A DNA stretch of 64,000 bases from Candidatus Omnitrophota bacterium (GCA_043822665.1 JBDRBM010000042.1:3453-67452); one strand, 5' to 3'. Counted from the first letter of the stretch, positions 1 to 9,816 are shown. Notes: generated from the sequence alone by a model not told the origin. Translations and numbers: made by a program.

Positions 1-515
1 TAAACGCTGACGCGATTAATGAGATAAAAGAAAGCCTTCCTAATGACTTAAGGGTGTTTTCTTCCAGCATGGATAATATTATCCTGTATGTCGGCAAGCG
101 CGCTGTAATAACAAAGGCAGATGTTGAAAAGATTATAGGCGTAAATCCTTCACATACCGCGTTTGACCTTATGGATGCAATAGAAAAGAAGAATTCCGCG
201 AAGGCATTGCGTATCTTTTCAGCTTTGAGAAACGATAAAAAAAGGGAGACAGAGCTTTTAGGGCTCCTGTCATGGAATGTGAGGATGCTTTTAAGGGTCA
301 AAGAACTTACGGGGGTTAAGAATAGACTGGAGATACGCCGGGATCTTGGTTTAAGCCCCAGGAGGTTTGAGCAGATTGCAGTACATGCGGAGAGGCTTAA
401 AAAGAAAGAAATATTAGTTTTGTTAAAAGAGATACTATCAGCCGATCTTGATATTAAATCAGGGGTGTCTCCCAGCGATGTAATGGAGCGCTTGATAGTA
501 AAGATATGCACTTGA
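1..515 (+). CDS. holA: DNA polymerase III delta subunit, C-terminal part (gene begins upstream of the window)
   Basis: The frame of ORF 54..515 stays open back to nt 3, so the CDS is 5'-truncated by the window edge. The helical C-terminal pattern AFDLMDAIEKKNSAKALRIF...LLGLLSWNVRMLLRVK resembles HolA domain III. The call is by recollection only. Confidence 0.55.
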   Translation, partial: NADAINEIKESLPNDLRVFSSSMDNIILYVGKRAVITKADVEKIIGVNPSHTAFDLMDAIEKKNSAKALRIFSALRNDKKRETELLGLLSWNVRMLLRVKELTGVKNRLEIRRDLGLSPRRFEQIAVHAERLKKKEILVLLKEILSADLDIKSGVSPSDVMERLIVKICT

Positions 516-583
516 TCGCAGGGCTTATGCAGGCTCGCGCCCTGTATCATAAAGATAAAGGATATGATTCTGCGGACCTGCGA

Positions 584-847
584 TTACTTTGTTAACTGAA
601 ACTTCTTTGCCAGGCGGGATTTTTTGCGTGAGGCAGTATTCTCGTGTATTATGCCCTTTGAGCAGGCTTTATCAAGTTCTGTTACAACTTTTTTAAGCTG
701 TATTTTTGCCTCTTCCAGTTTTTTGGCAGATAGGAATTCGATGAATTTTTTAGTTTCTGTCTTCAGACGAGATTTTACAGGCAGATTTCGTCCGGTTTTC
801 TTTTCAGTTACTTTTATATCCTTGTAAGATGCATGTAATATAGGCAT
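584..847 (-). CDS. rpsT: 30S ribosomal protein S20
   Basis: The 87-aa basic product MPILHASYKDIKVTEKKTGRNLPVKSRLKT...ASRKKSRLAKKF fits S20 in length and pattern. The ATG at 845-847 (minus strand) is preceded by AAGGAG. The ORF-track start at 901 is an upstream extension. Confidence 0.85.
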   Translation of the reverse strand: MPILHASYKDIKVTEKKTGRNLPVKSRLKTETKKFIEFLSAKKLEEAKIQLKKVVTELDKACSKGIIHENTASRKKSRLAKKFQLTK

Positions 848-980
848 GGCATTGCTCCTTTTCGTGAAGGATAAAGTAACATATATTATAGGGTATGTCA
901 AGTGGTTAAATTTGAATAAAATATAATAAACGAAAAGATAAGTAGCGCTTTTTGCTCCTGACTAATGCTTTGAGAGTTAT

Positions 981-1022
981 CCACAATTGTAGGGGACCCT
1001 TAAGGGCCCCCTACAATTGTGG
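981..1022. repeat. REP-like palindrome, GTAGG..CCTAC family, copy a (reverse orientation)
   Basis: 42-bp near-perfect palindrome CCACAATTGTAGGGGACCCTT|AAGGGCCCCCTACAATTGTGG in the rpsT/murJ divergent spacer. Related copies lie at 9669-9716, 28004-28043 and 42061-42100. Confidence 0.85.
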
Positions 1023-1105
1023 AAATCCTGGATTACGCTCTCTATGGAAAAAAGACCAGTGGTAAAGTGCTCAATTTTTGATTCGAATTTCGAATTTTTA
1101 CAGAT

Positions 1106-2626
1106 ATGTCAAAAAAACACATTCTTAGATCAGCCGGAATTATAGGTTTTGCCACGGTTATAAGCAGGATCTTGGGGTTTTTACGCGACATCCTCATAGC
1201 CAAGTTTTTTGGTACTGCCAGATATGCCCAGGCATTCGTGGTAGCATTTCGGATACCCAATATGCTCAGGGATTTGATAGGGGAAGGAGCTACAAATGCC
1301 GCGGTTGTGCCTGTACTGAGCGAGTACTTTGAGACAAATAAAAAAGAAGAATTCTGGCATCTGACGAACGTTCTACTGAACGCAATCCTTATTATCCTGG
1401 CATTTGTGACCTTGCTTGGCGTAGCCTTTGCGCCGATAATTATACGTTTAGTTGCCCCGGGATTTATAGACGACCCTGAAAAGTTTGAGTCTACAGTATA
1501 TCTGACGCGCCTCATGTTTCCCTATGTATTGCTCGTAGGGCTATTGGCATATTGTATGGGTATACTGAATTCGTTAAAACATTTTTCCATGCCTGCTTTT
1601 GCGCCAGCCATATTGAATCTTTCGATAATAGCCTGTGTCTTGCTGCGTCAGGGCAGTGTTACCGCGATTGCGGCAGGAGTTTTGATAGGAGGCCTGATAC
1701 AGCTCATTGTCCAGGTGCCTGTTCTGATGATAAAGGGATTCAAGTTTAATTTTTTAAGCGGCATATATCATCCGGCTGTAAAAAAGATAGGCAAATTACT
1801 GATACCCAGGATTTTAGGTTCATGCGTTTATCAGATAAACATTTTTATAAATACGATGCTGGCATCACTTGCGTATATAGTAGGCGAGGGCGGTGTCGCG
1901 GCGCTCTATTATGCCAATAGAATTTTTCAATTTCCGCTCGCGATATTCGGTATTGCTCTGGCCCAGGCAGTTTTGCCGACAATGTCAAGAGAGGCCCTTG
2001 AATCGGGACTCGGTAAATTAAGAGATACGTTTTCTTTTTCTATCAGGGCAGTGAATTTTATTATGCTGCCGGCCTCTATAGGCCTAATAATGCTTTCAAA
2101 ACCCATAACAAGCACGCTGTTTGAAAGAGGTATGTTTGACCACTATTCAACGGTTATTACCGCACAGGCGCTTTCATTTTATTCTATAGGCCTTTTTAGC
2201 TACGCGGGTATAAAAATCCTGGTGTCGTGTTTTTATTCCTTGAAAGACACCCTGACGCCAGTAAAGGTAGCAAGCGCGTCACTTGTCATTAACATACTAC
2301 TCAGCATTATCCTTATGTTTCCTTTAAAGATAAGCGGCCTGGCCCTGGCAACATCATTTTCAGGGATTTTTAATTTTTTCATTTTGTTTTTTATATTGAG
2401 AAAAAAGATCGGAAATATTGACGGAATAAAGATATTGCATTCATTCCTGAAGACACTAATGGCCAGTATCGCTATGGCAGTGATTATCTATATCTCTAGT
2501 TTTAAAATAGGGTTAAATCTCTTGCTTGTCGTATTGCTGGGGATGCTGAGTTATGGTGTGGCCGCTGTGATATTTGACGTGAAAGAAGCAAAGGAGTTTT
2601 TGAAGTGGGCATTGAGGATAAAATAA
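1106..2626 (+). CDS. murJ: lipid II flippase MurJ/MviN
   Basis: The N-terminus ILRSAGIIGFATVISRILGFLRDILIAKFFG...FRIPNMLRDLIGEGA is the MurJ signature. The 506-aa protein is polytopic and hydrophobic. Confidence 0.9.
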   Translation: MSKKHILRSAGIIGFATVISRILGFLRDILIAKFFGTARYAQAFVVAFRIPNMLRDLIGEGATNAAVVPVLSEYFETNKKEEFWHLTNVLLNAILIILAFVTLLGVAFAPIIIRLVAPGFIDDPEKFESTVYLTRLMFPYVLLVGLLAYCMGILNSLKHFSMPAFAPAILNLSIIACVLLRQGSVTAIAAGVLIGGLIQLIVQVPVLMIKGFKFNFLSGIYHPAVKKIGKLLIPRILGSCVYQINIFINTMLASLAYIVGEGGVAALYYANRIFQFPLAIFGIALAQAVLPTMSREALESGLGKLRDTFSFSIRAVNFIMLPASIGLIMLSKPITSTLFERGMFDHYSTVITAQALSFYSIGLFSYAGIKILVSCFYSLKDTLTPVKVASASLVINILLSIILMFPLKISGLALATSFSGIFNFFILFFILRKKIGNIDGIKILHSFLKTLMASIAMAVIIYISSFKIGLNLLLVVLLGMLSYGVAAVIFDVKEAKEFLKWALRIK

Positions 2627-3849
2627 AAGATATACCAAAGGCCCCAGGCGTGTACCTGATGAAAGACGCTAGCGGAGAAGTGCTTTATATAGGAAAGGCA
2701 AAGGATCTTTTTAAAAGGGTGTCGAGTTATTTTCAGAGCTCCAGGCCCAGGACAAGCAAAGAGATGTCTCTTTTGAAATATGTAAAAGACCTGGATTTTA
2801 TAGTTACGACTTCGGAAGAAGAGGCCCTTATATACGAATCCAATCTTGTTAAGGAAAAGAGGCCCAGGTATAATGTGGAGCTTAAAGATGACAAAAGCTT
2901 CCCTTATTTAAAGTTGACGCTGAATGAAAGATTCCCCAGGCTTTTTATAACCAGAAAAAGGCATGATGACGGCGCAAGGTATTTTGGACCCTATACACGC
3001 GTTAAGCTTTTACGCAAGGCCTTGTCTATAATGAAAAATATTTTTCCTTTGAGGACTTGCAGAAAGATGCCCACGCAGATTTGCTTATCTTACCATATAG
3101 GGCAATGCGCGGGGCCGTGCATGGGTAAGATTGATGAAAAAGAATATAAAGAGGTTGCGCGACAGCTTATACTTTTTTTAGAAGGTAAAAAGATACGGCT
3201 TCTGGATGAATTGAAGCTGAAAATGCATAAGCTGTCAAAAGAGCAAAGATTTGAAGAGGCAGCTGCCATTAGAAACAGGATAGCGGCTCTTTCAGAGGTG
3301 CCTGGTAAGAGGTTCAGCGATTATAGCGGCTGGGGAGCAGTCGCTATAAAACTGAAACGTCTCCTCAGGCTTCCGTGGCTTCCTTTAAGGATAGAGGCAT
3401 TTGATGTCTCAAATATATCTGGCAAAGAGGCGACCGGCTCCATGGTGTATTTTCTAAACGGTAAACCAGACAAGTCAAACTATAGGAAGTTCAGGATAAA
3501 AGGCGTTAATGAGATAAATGATTATGCTATGATTAGTGAGATAGTGAGACGCAGGTATGAAAGGCTGAAAAAAGAAAAGGGCAAATTACCGGATCTTATT
3601 GTAATAGACGGAGGAAAGGGTCATTTACGCGTTGCATATGAGGAACTGATGAGGTTAAATCTCAGACGTATCCCAGTGATAGCTATTGCAAAAGAACATG
3701 AGAAAATATATACGCGGGGGTCCAAAATACCACTGGATATAAACAGGGATTCTGAGATATTACATTTTATACAGCAGATAAGAGACGAGGCGCACAGGTT
3801 CGCGTTGAAATACCACCATAAGCTGAGAAAGATAAGCTATAAGCTGTAA
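2605..3849 (+). CDS. uvrC: excinuclease ABC subunit C, unusually short (414 aa)
   Basis: It has a GIY-YIG domain (GVYLMKDASGEVLYIGKAKDLFKRV), a UVR helix (EQRFEEAAAIRNRIAAL) and a C-terminal endonuclease domain (IEAFDVSNISG, DGGKGH, IRDEAHRFA). The GTG start overlaps the murJ end. Confidence 0.85.
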   Translation: MGIEDKIKDIPKAPGVYLMKDASGEVLYIGKAKDLFKRVSSYFQSSRPRTSKEMSLLKYVKDLDFIVTTSEEEALIYESNLVKEKRPRYNVELKDDKSFPYLKLTLNERFPRLFITRKRHDDGARYFGPYTRVKLLRKALSIMKNIFPLRTCRKMPTQICLSYHIGQCAGPCMGKIDEKEYKEVARQLILFLEGKKIRLLDELKLKMHKLSKEQRFEEAAAIRNRIAALSEVPGKRFSDYSGWGAVAIKLKRLLRLPWLPLRIEAFDVSNISGKEATGSMVYFLNGKPDKSNYRKFRIKGVNEINDYAMISEIVRRRYERLKKEKGKLPDLIVIDGGKGHLRVAYEELMRLNLRRIPVIAIAKEHEKIYTRGSKIPLDINRDSEILHFIQQIRDEAHRFALKYHHKLRKISYKL

Positions 3850-3864
3850 GCTTATAACTTTATT

Positions 3865-4137
3865 ATGAAAAAATTGACTTCATTTCAGAAAAGGGTATAT
3901 ACTGTTGTAAGAGAAATACCAATAGGCCGGGTGAGGACATATGCCTGGGTTGCCGGGAAGATTGGACGGCGGGGCGCTGCGAGAGCTGTAGGAAACGCGC
4001 TTAAGAAAAATCCCTTTCCTATTATAGTGCCTTGTCACAGGGTAGTGCCTTCAAACGGTTCCACTGGCGAATACGCGTTTGGCAAGGATATTAAAGCTAG
4101 ATTAATAAAGATGGAGAGGGTCTCAAGGGCAAAGTAA
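3865..4137 (+). CDS. MGMT-family protein (methylated-DNA-protein-cysteine methyltransferase active-site/DNA-binding domain only, 90 aa)
   Basis: The PCHRV active-site motif is present (IVPCHRVV) after a helix-turn-helix-like stretch (GRVRTYAWVAGKIGRRGAARAVGNAL). The N-terminal Ada/Ogt domain is absent. Confidence 0.8.
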   Translation: MKKLTSFQKRVYTVVREIPIGRVRTYAWVAGKIGRRGAARAVGNALKKNPFPIIVPCHRVVPSNGSTGEYAFGKDIKARLIKMERVSRAK

Positions 4138-4272
4138 ACTTTGCAGCTACTCGCATAGCGCATAGCAGACTTTAGCTATGCTCCATGTACTTTGAGTTAT
4201 GTTATTTTACCTGTTCCGGGCAAAGCCCCGAGCTTGTCGAGGGGCGCAGTCGAGGGATGGAGCCTGATTTAT

Positions 4273-5370
4273 ATGTTATCAGAGATAAAAGAAAAATTAG
4301 AGATTCTGGATAAGAAACTGGGCGAGCTGAGAAATTACCTGGATATAGAGAAAAACGAAGCTAGGCTTAAAGAGCTTGAGGCAAAGATGGCGAGTTCTGG
4401 TTTCTGGGATAATCAGGAAAAAGCCAGGCCGGTTATACGGGAATTAAAGATCACAAGGGCGATCATTGACCCCTATTTCGAATGCAGGAAGAAATTCGAT
4501 GAACTGGTCGAGCTGTTGATTATTGCGGATGAAAAGGATGAAGAAGATGTGAAAGAGATAAAGGCATCGCTGGGTAAGCTGGAAAAAGACATTAACGCGC
4601 TTGAATTCAAAAGCCTGATGAACAATGAAATGGATAGGAACAGCGCCATCTTGAGCATACACGCCGGGGCAGGCGGTACAGAATCCTGTGATTGGGCCAG
4701 TATGCTTTTAAGGATGTATTCTATGTGGGCCAGTGGAAACAGCTATAAGACAGAAATAATAGATATGCTGGCAGGAGAAGAGGCCGGCGTAAAAAGCGTT
4801 GTTATGATTATAGAAGGGCCATATGCATACGGGTATCTTAAATCAGAAAGAGGGGTGCACAGACTTGTAAGGATATCCCCTTTTGATTCAAACAAGAGGC
4901 GCCATACGTCTTTTGCCTCGGTGGATGTGATACCGGAAGTCGAGGATGATATAGAAATAGATATAAATGAATCAGATTTGCGTATTGATACCTATCGTTC
5001 GAGCGGCGCAGGCGGACAGCATGTCAATGTTACGGATTCCGCGGTAAGGATTACGCATATACCCACGAATATTGTGGTCCAGTGTCAGAATGAGCGCTCA
5101 CAGCACAAGAACAAGGCTACAGCCATGAAGGTGTTAAAGGCCAAGCTTTATGAATTAAAGATGGATGAGAGAAAAAAAGAATTAGAGGCAGAATATGCCA
5201 AGAAGCAGAAAATAGAATGGGGCAGTCAGATACGCTCCTATGTCATGCATCCTTATTCAATGGTAAAGGACCATAGGACCGGCCAAGAGACATCAAATGT
5301 CAACGTTGTAATGGATGGAGTCATAGATGAATTCGTAGAGGCGTATTTAAGGTGGAAGGCGAGGAAGTAA
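4273..5370 (+). CDS. prfB: peptide chain release factor 2, encoded in one continuous frame
   Basis: SPF (RISPFDSNKRRHTSFASV) and GGQ (SSGAGGQHVN) motifs are present. ATG 4273 gives MLSEIKEKLEILDKKLGELRNYLDIEKNEARLKELE. The ORF-track start at 4192 reads through an upstream repeat. Confidence 0.9.
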   Translation: MLSEIKEKLEILDKKLGELRNYLDIEKNEARLKELEAKMASSGFWDNQEKARPVIRELKITRAIIDPYFECRKKFDELVELLIIADEKDEEDVKEIKASLGKLEKDINALEFKSLMNNEMDRNSAILSIHAGAGGTESCDWASMLLRMYSMWASGNSYKTEIIDMLAGEEAGVKSVVMIIEGPYAYGYLKSERGVHRLVRISPFDSNKRRHTSFASVDVIPEVEDDIEIDINESDLRIDTYRSSGAGGQHVNVTDSAVRITHIPTNIVVQCQNERSQHKNKATAMKVLKAKLYELKMDERKKELEAEYAKKQKIEWGSQIRSYVMHPYSMVKDHRTGQETSNVNVVMDGVIDEFVEAYLRWKARK

Positions 5371-5418
5371 AATAGTAAGCTTTCGGCTATCAGCTGCTGA
5401 AAGCTGGAAGGCTGAATT

Positions 5419-8187
5419 ATGTTTACTTGGATATTAAGCAAAATTATCGGATCGCAGAACGAGAGAGAGATCAGAAAACTTCGGCCCCTGGTAGATAAAA
5501 TAAATTCACTGGAGCCCGGAATAAAGAAGCTGAGCGATGACGAGCTGCGGCAAAAGACAGATGAATTTAGAAATCGCATTTCAGACGGCCAGACACTGGA
5601 TGATATTCTAATAGAGGCATTTGCAGTGGTGCGGGAGGCGGCCTGGCGTACGATAGGCATGCGGCATTTTGACGTGCAGCTAATAGGCGGTATTGTACTG
5701 CATCAAGGCAAGATCGCTGAAATGACAACAGGGGAAGGGAAAACTCTTGTCGCGACATTGGCTGCTTATCTTAACACGCTTAGCGGTAAGGGTGTCCATA
5801 TTGTAACGGTTAATGATTACCTGGCGCGAAGGGATAGAGATTGGATGGGGCCTGTCTTTGAATTCCTGGACCTTACAGTAGGTGCTATCCAGCATGATAT
5901 GGGCCCTGAATTGCGGCAGATGGCGTACCGTAGCGATATCACCTACGGCACAAATAATGAATTCGGTTTTGATTATCTACGGGATAATATGGTCGTAAGA
6001 AAAGAAGACATGGTCCAGCGGGAGTTGAATTACGCGATAGTTGACGAGGTAGATAGCATTCTTATTGACGAGGCCCGGACCCCGCTTATTATTTCGGGCC
6101 CCTCGGAAGAGTCCACCGAGAAGTATTATATATGCAATAAGATAGTGCCGCGGTTAAAAGGCAGGAAGATTTTGGAAAAAGATGAGATAGACGCGAAATT
6201 CAAAGGGATTGATCTTTCAAAGGGCTATGACTATATTGTTGACGAAAAGGCTCATACAGCTCATTTAACAGAAGATGGCGAGATAAAGGTAGCAGAAATG
6301 CTTGGCATTGACAATATGCATGATATAGACACCATGGAGTACAGGCATCATGTTAATCAGGCAATTAAGGCGCATGAATTATTTGAAAAAGACGTGAAAT
6401 ATGTGGTAAAAGACGGCGAGGTAATTATTGTGGATGAATTTACAGGCCGCCTGATGCCTGGCCGGAGGTGGTCAGACGGGCTTCATCAGGCAATCGAGGC
6501 AAGAGAGGGCCTTAAGATCGCGAGAGAAAACCAGACACTCGCCACTATTACTTTTCAGAATTATTTCAAGATGTACAAGAAACTTTCCGGTATGACAGGG
6601 ACAGCCATGACAGAGGCTCAGGAATTCAGCCATATTTATAAATTGGATACTATAGCAATACCCACCAATAAACCGCTCATAAGGACAAACTACCCCGACA
6701 TAATCTATAAGACCGAAAAGGAAAAATTCAATGCCGTCTGCAATGAAATTGAGGAATTGCATAAAAAGGGACGGCCTGCTCTTGTGGGGACAATTTCAAT
6801 AGAAAAATCAGAACGCATCAGCTCTTTTTTGAACCGCCGCGGCATTCCGCATAATGTATTAAACGCAAAATACCACGAGATGGAAGCGGTTATTATTTCG
6901 CAGGCTGGCAGGCTGAATGCCGTGACCATAGCGACAAATATGGCCGGCAGGGGCACAGATATATTGCTTGGCGGGAATCCAGAAGCCATGGTTAATAACT
7001 GGTTGAAGGCAAAGGGCCTGGGGCCTAAAAATGTTACTAAGGAAGAATCTGAAAAATTTCTCACTGAGGCCAGGGAAAAGGTAAGAGAGGAACATGAAAA
7101 GGTTGTTGAACTTGGCGGCCTTCATGTTATAGGCACGGAGCGGCACGAATCCAGGCGCATAGACAATCAGCTGCGCGGACGTCAAGGCAGACAGGGTGAT
7201 CCAGGGTCTTCCAGATTTTACATATCGCTTGAAGATGACCTGATGCGCTTATTTGGCTCTGGCAGGATTTCAGCCATTTATGATAAGCTCGGCATAGACG
7301 AAGGCCAGGATATCCAGCACCCTCTCATAACGAAGGCTATAGAAGTCGCGCAGAAAAGAGTGGAACAGCATAATTTTGACATACGAAAACATGTCCTGGA
7401 ATATGACAATGTGATGAATAAGCAAAGGGAAGTTATATACGAAGAGAGAAAAAAGATTTTGTTTGGCGGAGATATAAAAGGGCATATCTATGAAATAGTG
7501 GAGGAGATCATAGACAGCGCAATAGGTTTATACTTGAACCCTGACCAGCATAAATCAGATTGGAGATGCACTGATTTTATCGAGTGGTTCTGGTCAAAGT
7601 TCAATATAAGACTCCGTAATCTTGAGGACATGGTAGAAGGGAAAGACAGGGACGGTATCCTTGATGAACTGGTGGGTATAGCAAAGACGGCTTATGAGGA
7701 AAAAGAAAGAAATATGGGGCCAGATCACGTAAGGCATATAGAAAAAATGGTCATGCTTCAGGTGATTGACACAAAATGGAAGGATCATCTGTATGCCATG
7801 GATAATCTGAGAGAAGGCATTGGTCTAAGGGCATATGGTCAGCGCGATCCATTAGTAGAATACCAGCACGAAGGTTATGACATGTTCACGGCAATGATAG
7901 ACTCTATAAAAGATGAAACAATAGAGTTTTTATTCAAGATCCAGGCTGTCTCTAAAGAAGATAAGCCTCGCGGAGTATTTCAGTCTCTGCCAAAAAAATT
8001 CGTACATAGCGAGGCCGCGCCTATGTCGAGAATACCAACCCCTTCTGAAGGGCAGGGCGGGATAGAAGATGGTCTGCCGCAGTTAAATGAACCTCAGCCC
8101 CAGAGGCGCGAATCCCCAAAGGTCGGCCGCAATGACCCATGCCCCTGCGGCAGTGGAAAAAAATACAAGAAGTGCTGTGGGAAATAA
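5419..8187 (+). CDS. secA: preprotein translocase ATPase SecA
   Basis: It has Walker [10 protein letters not shown], the DEVD box [21 protein letters not shown] and the C-terminal zinc motif [14 protein letters not shown]. Confidence 0.97.
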   Translation: MFTWILSKIIGSQNEREIRKLRPLVDKINSLEPGIKKLSDDELRQKTDEFRNRISDGQTLDDILIEAFAVVREAAWRTIGMRHFDVQLIGGIVLHQGKIAEMTTGEGKTLVATLAAYLNTLSGKGVHIVTVNDYLARRDRDWMGPVFEFLDLTVGAIQHDMGPELRQMAYRSDITYGTNNEFGFDYLRDNMVVRKEDMVQRELNYAIVDEVDSILIDEARTPLIISGPSEESTEKYYICNKIVPRLKGRKILEKDEIDAKFKGIDLSKGYDYIVDEKAHTAHLTEDGEIKVAEMLGIDNMHDIDTMEYRHHVNQAIKAHELFEKDVKYVVKDGEVIIVDEFTGRLMPGRRWSDGLHQAIEAREGLKIARENQTLATITFQNYFKMYKKLSGMTGTAMTEAQEFSHIYKLDTIAIPTNKPLIRTNYPDIIYKTEKEKFNAVCNEIEELHKKGRPALVGTISIEKSERISSFLNRRGIPHNVLNAKYHEMEAVIISQAGRLNAVTIATNMAGRGTDILLGGNPEAMVNNWLKAKGLGPKNVTKEESEKFLTEAREKVREEHEKVVELGGLHVIGTERHESRRIDNQLRGRQGRQGDPGSSRFYISLEDDLMRLFGSGRISAIYDKLGIDEGQDIQHPLITKAIEVAQKRVEQHNFDIRKHVLEYDNVMNKQREVIYEERKKILFGGDIKGHIYEIVEEIIDSAIGLYLNPDQHKSDWRCTDFIEWFWSKFNIRLRNLEDMVEGKDRDGILDELVGIAKTAYEEKERNMGPDHVRHIEKMVMLQVIDTKWKDHLYAMDNLREGIGLRAYGQRDPLVEYQHEGYDMFTAMIDSIKDETIEFLFKIQAVSKEDKPRGVFQSLPKKFVHSEAAPMSRIPTPSEGQGGIEDGLPQLNEPQPQRRESPKVGRNDPCPCGSGKKYKKCCGK

Positions 8188-8235
8188 TTTAGCTTTCAGC
8201 CTTCAGCTTAGAACGATCTGTTAATAGCCAATAAG

Positions 8236-9636
8236 ATGCCCCTTGCGATATTTTCAGCAATACTATTAATTCTTGCCTTCCCGAGTTTTAGTCTCAACTA
8301 TCTTGCCTTTATTGGCTTTGTCCCGCTTTTTTTTGCCGTCCAAAATAAGCCGCCAAAAAAGGCCTTTCTGATTTCATATGTTTGCGGATTTTTATTTTAT
8401 CTCGGGGTCTTATACTGGCTTTACCACGTGACTGTGATTGGTTTAATTGTGCTGTGCCTCTACCTGGCGTTATATTTTGGAATATTAGGCCTTATTTTTT
8501 CATTGCGCGCCATACGCTATTTGCTATACGTTGTTCCTATTGCCTGGGTATTCCTAGAGTATATACAATCTCATCTTTTTTCAGGTTTTGGATGGGCTTT
8601 AATGGGTTACTCACAATATAAAAATTTACCATTGATCCAGATAGCAGATTTATCAAAGGTATATGGCGTGTCTTTTTTTGTGATGATGGTAAATGTAATA
8701 GCCTGGAAGATAGTGAAGTCTATCGTGGAGTACAGAAAAAAAACCCTATTTTCAATTTTTGGCCATCTGTTATTTATGGTATTAATTTTTACACTTGTCT
8801 ACGCATACGGCTTTTTTAGACTTAGCGAAAAAGAGACGAAAACGAGCAGAATAAAGGTTTCAGTTGTTCAGGGCAATATTTCGCAGGAGGAAAAATGGGA
8901 TATTGACAACAGAGACGCTATATTGAATAAATACATCAGGCTTACAAGAGAGGCCGCAGGAGACGCGCCTGATTTAATAATATGGCCTGAGACCGCATTT
9001 CCAGGGTTTCTTTTTGCTGATGAGGGATTGACAGGCGATGTTATACGCCTGACAAAAGATACAAAGATACCGCTTTTATTAGGAGCAAATACTGAAAAAG
9101 GCGTGGAGAGTTTTAATAGCGCTGTATTGTTTTCCCCGGAAAATAATACCGTGACCCAATATGACAAAACGCATCTCGTGCCTTTTGGGGAATATGTGCC
9201 TTTTTCAGAAAAGGTTTATTTTTTGCATAATTTGGTCCTTGGCGAGCTGGGCGAATTTACACGGGGGAGAGAACTTAAAATTTTCACACTTCATCCTTCA
9301 TCTCTTATTAGAGAATGTAAATTTGGCACTTTGATCTGCTTCGAAGATATATTTCCTGAACTGTCTATGAAATTTGTCCAAAAAGGCGCAGAATTTTTAG
9401 TTGTGATTACCAATGATGCCTGGTACGGCAGGAGCGGCGCGCCATACCAGCATGCGGCCTGTTCAGTCTTCAGGGCCGTTGAAAACCGCGTACCTGTTGT
9501 GAGATGCGCTAACACCGGTTACTCATGCTTTATAGACTCTTACGGAAGGATATACGATTCTGTAAAGGAAAATAATTCCCACCTGTTTATTGCCGGCTAC
9601 AAGACTTCCAATGTCAGCATTAAGATTAAACCCTGA
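8236..9636 (+). CDS. lnt: apolipoprotein N-acyltransferase
   Basis: A multi-TM N-terminal half is followed by a CN-hydrolase half with the catalytic Cys context GTLICFEDIFPE and NDAWYG. Confidence 0.85.
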   Translation: MPLAIFSAILLILAFPSFSLNYLAFIGFVPLFFAVQNKPPKKAFLISYVCGFLFYLGVLYWLYHVTVIGLIVLCLYLALYFGILGLIFSLRAIRYLLYVVPIAWVFLEYIQSHLFSGFGWALMGYSQYKNLPLIQIADLSKVYGVSFFVMMVNVIAWKIVKSIVEYRKKTLFSIFGHLLFMVLIFTLVYAYGFFRLSEKETKTSRIKVSVVQGNISQEEKWDIDNRDAILNKYIRLTREAAGDAPDLIIWPETAFPGFLFADEGLTGDVIRLTKDTKIPLLLGANTEKGVESFNSAVLFSPENNTVTQYDKTHLVPFGEYVPFSEKVYFLHNLVLGELGEFTRGRELKIFTLHPSSLIRECKFGTLICFEDIFPELSMKFVQKGAEFLVVITNDAWYGRSGAPYQHAACSVFRAVENRVPVVRCANTGYSCFIDSYGRIYDSVKENNSHLFIAGYKTSNVSIKIKP

Positions 9637-9668
9637 GTATATGCTGTTTGTGTAGTATACCAGCTGGA

Positions 9669-9716
9669 AATGTAGGTGACCCTTAAGGGTCACCTACATT
9701 GTGGATAAGTTGAGAG
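9669..9716. repeat. REP-like palindrome, GTAGG..CCTAC family, copy b
   Basis: AATGTAGGTGACCCTTAAGGGTCACCTACATT followed by the tail GTGGATAAGTTGAGAG. The tail is shared with copy a (as its reverse complement) and with copy c. Confidence 0.85.
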
Positions 9717-9722
9717 ATTTTT

Positions 9723-9760
9723 AAACCCGCATTGCAATTAAATTGCAATGCGGGTTTGTT
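9723..9760 (+). terminator. hairpin terminator after lnt
   Basis: Perfect 17-bp arms AAACCCGCATTGCAATT-A-AATTGCAATGCGGGTTT are followed by GTTT and by two TCGCATTGTTTTT direct repeats. Confidence 0.6.
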
Positions 9761-9787
9761 TCGCATTGTTTTTTCGCATTGTTTTTA

Positions 9788-9816
9788 TTGACACTATATC
9801 ATATATAAGATATAAT
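9788..9816 (+). promoter_or_regulatory. consensus sigma70-type promoter for lysS
   Basis: TTGACA (9788-9793), a 17-nt spacer, then TATAAT (9811-9816), 25 nt upstream of the lysS ATG. Confidence 0.65.

Noticed and set aside
4192-4272. N-terminal 27-codon extension of prfB in the ORF track (MSYVILPVPGKAPSLSRGAVEGWSLIY).
   Set aside because: The extension has a non-ATG start and reads through the dispersed CTGAGC..GTCGAGGG-type element and a GCATAGC hairpin region. RF2 homology begins at MLSEIKEK (ATG 4273).
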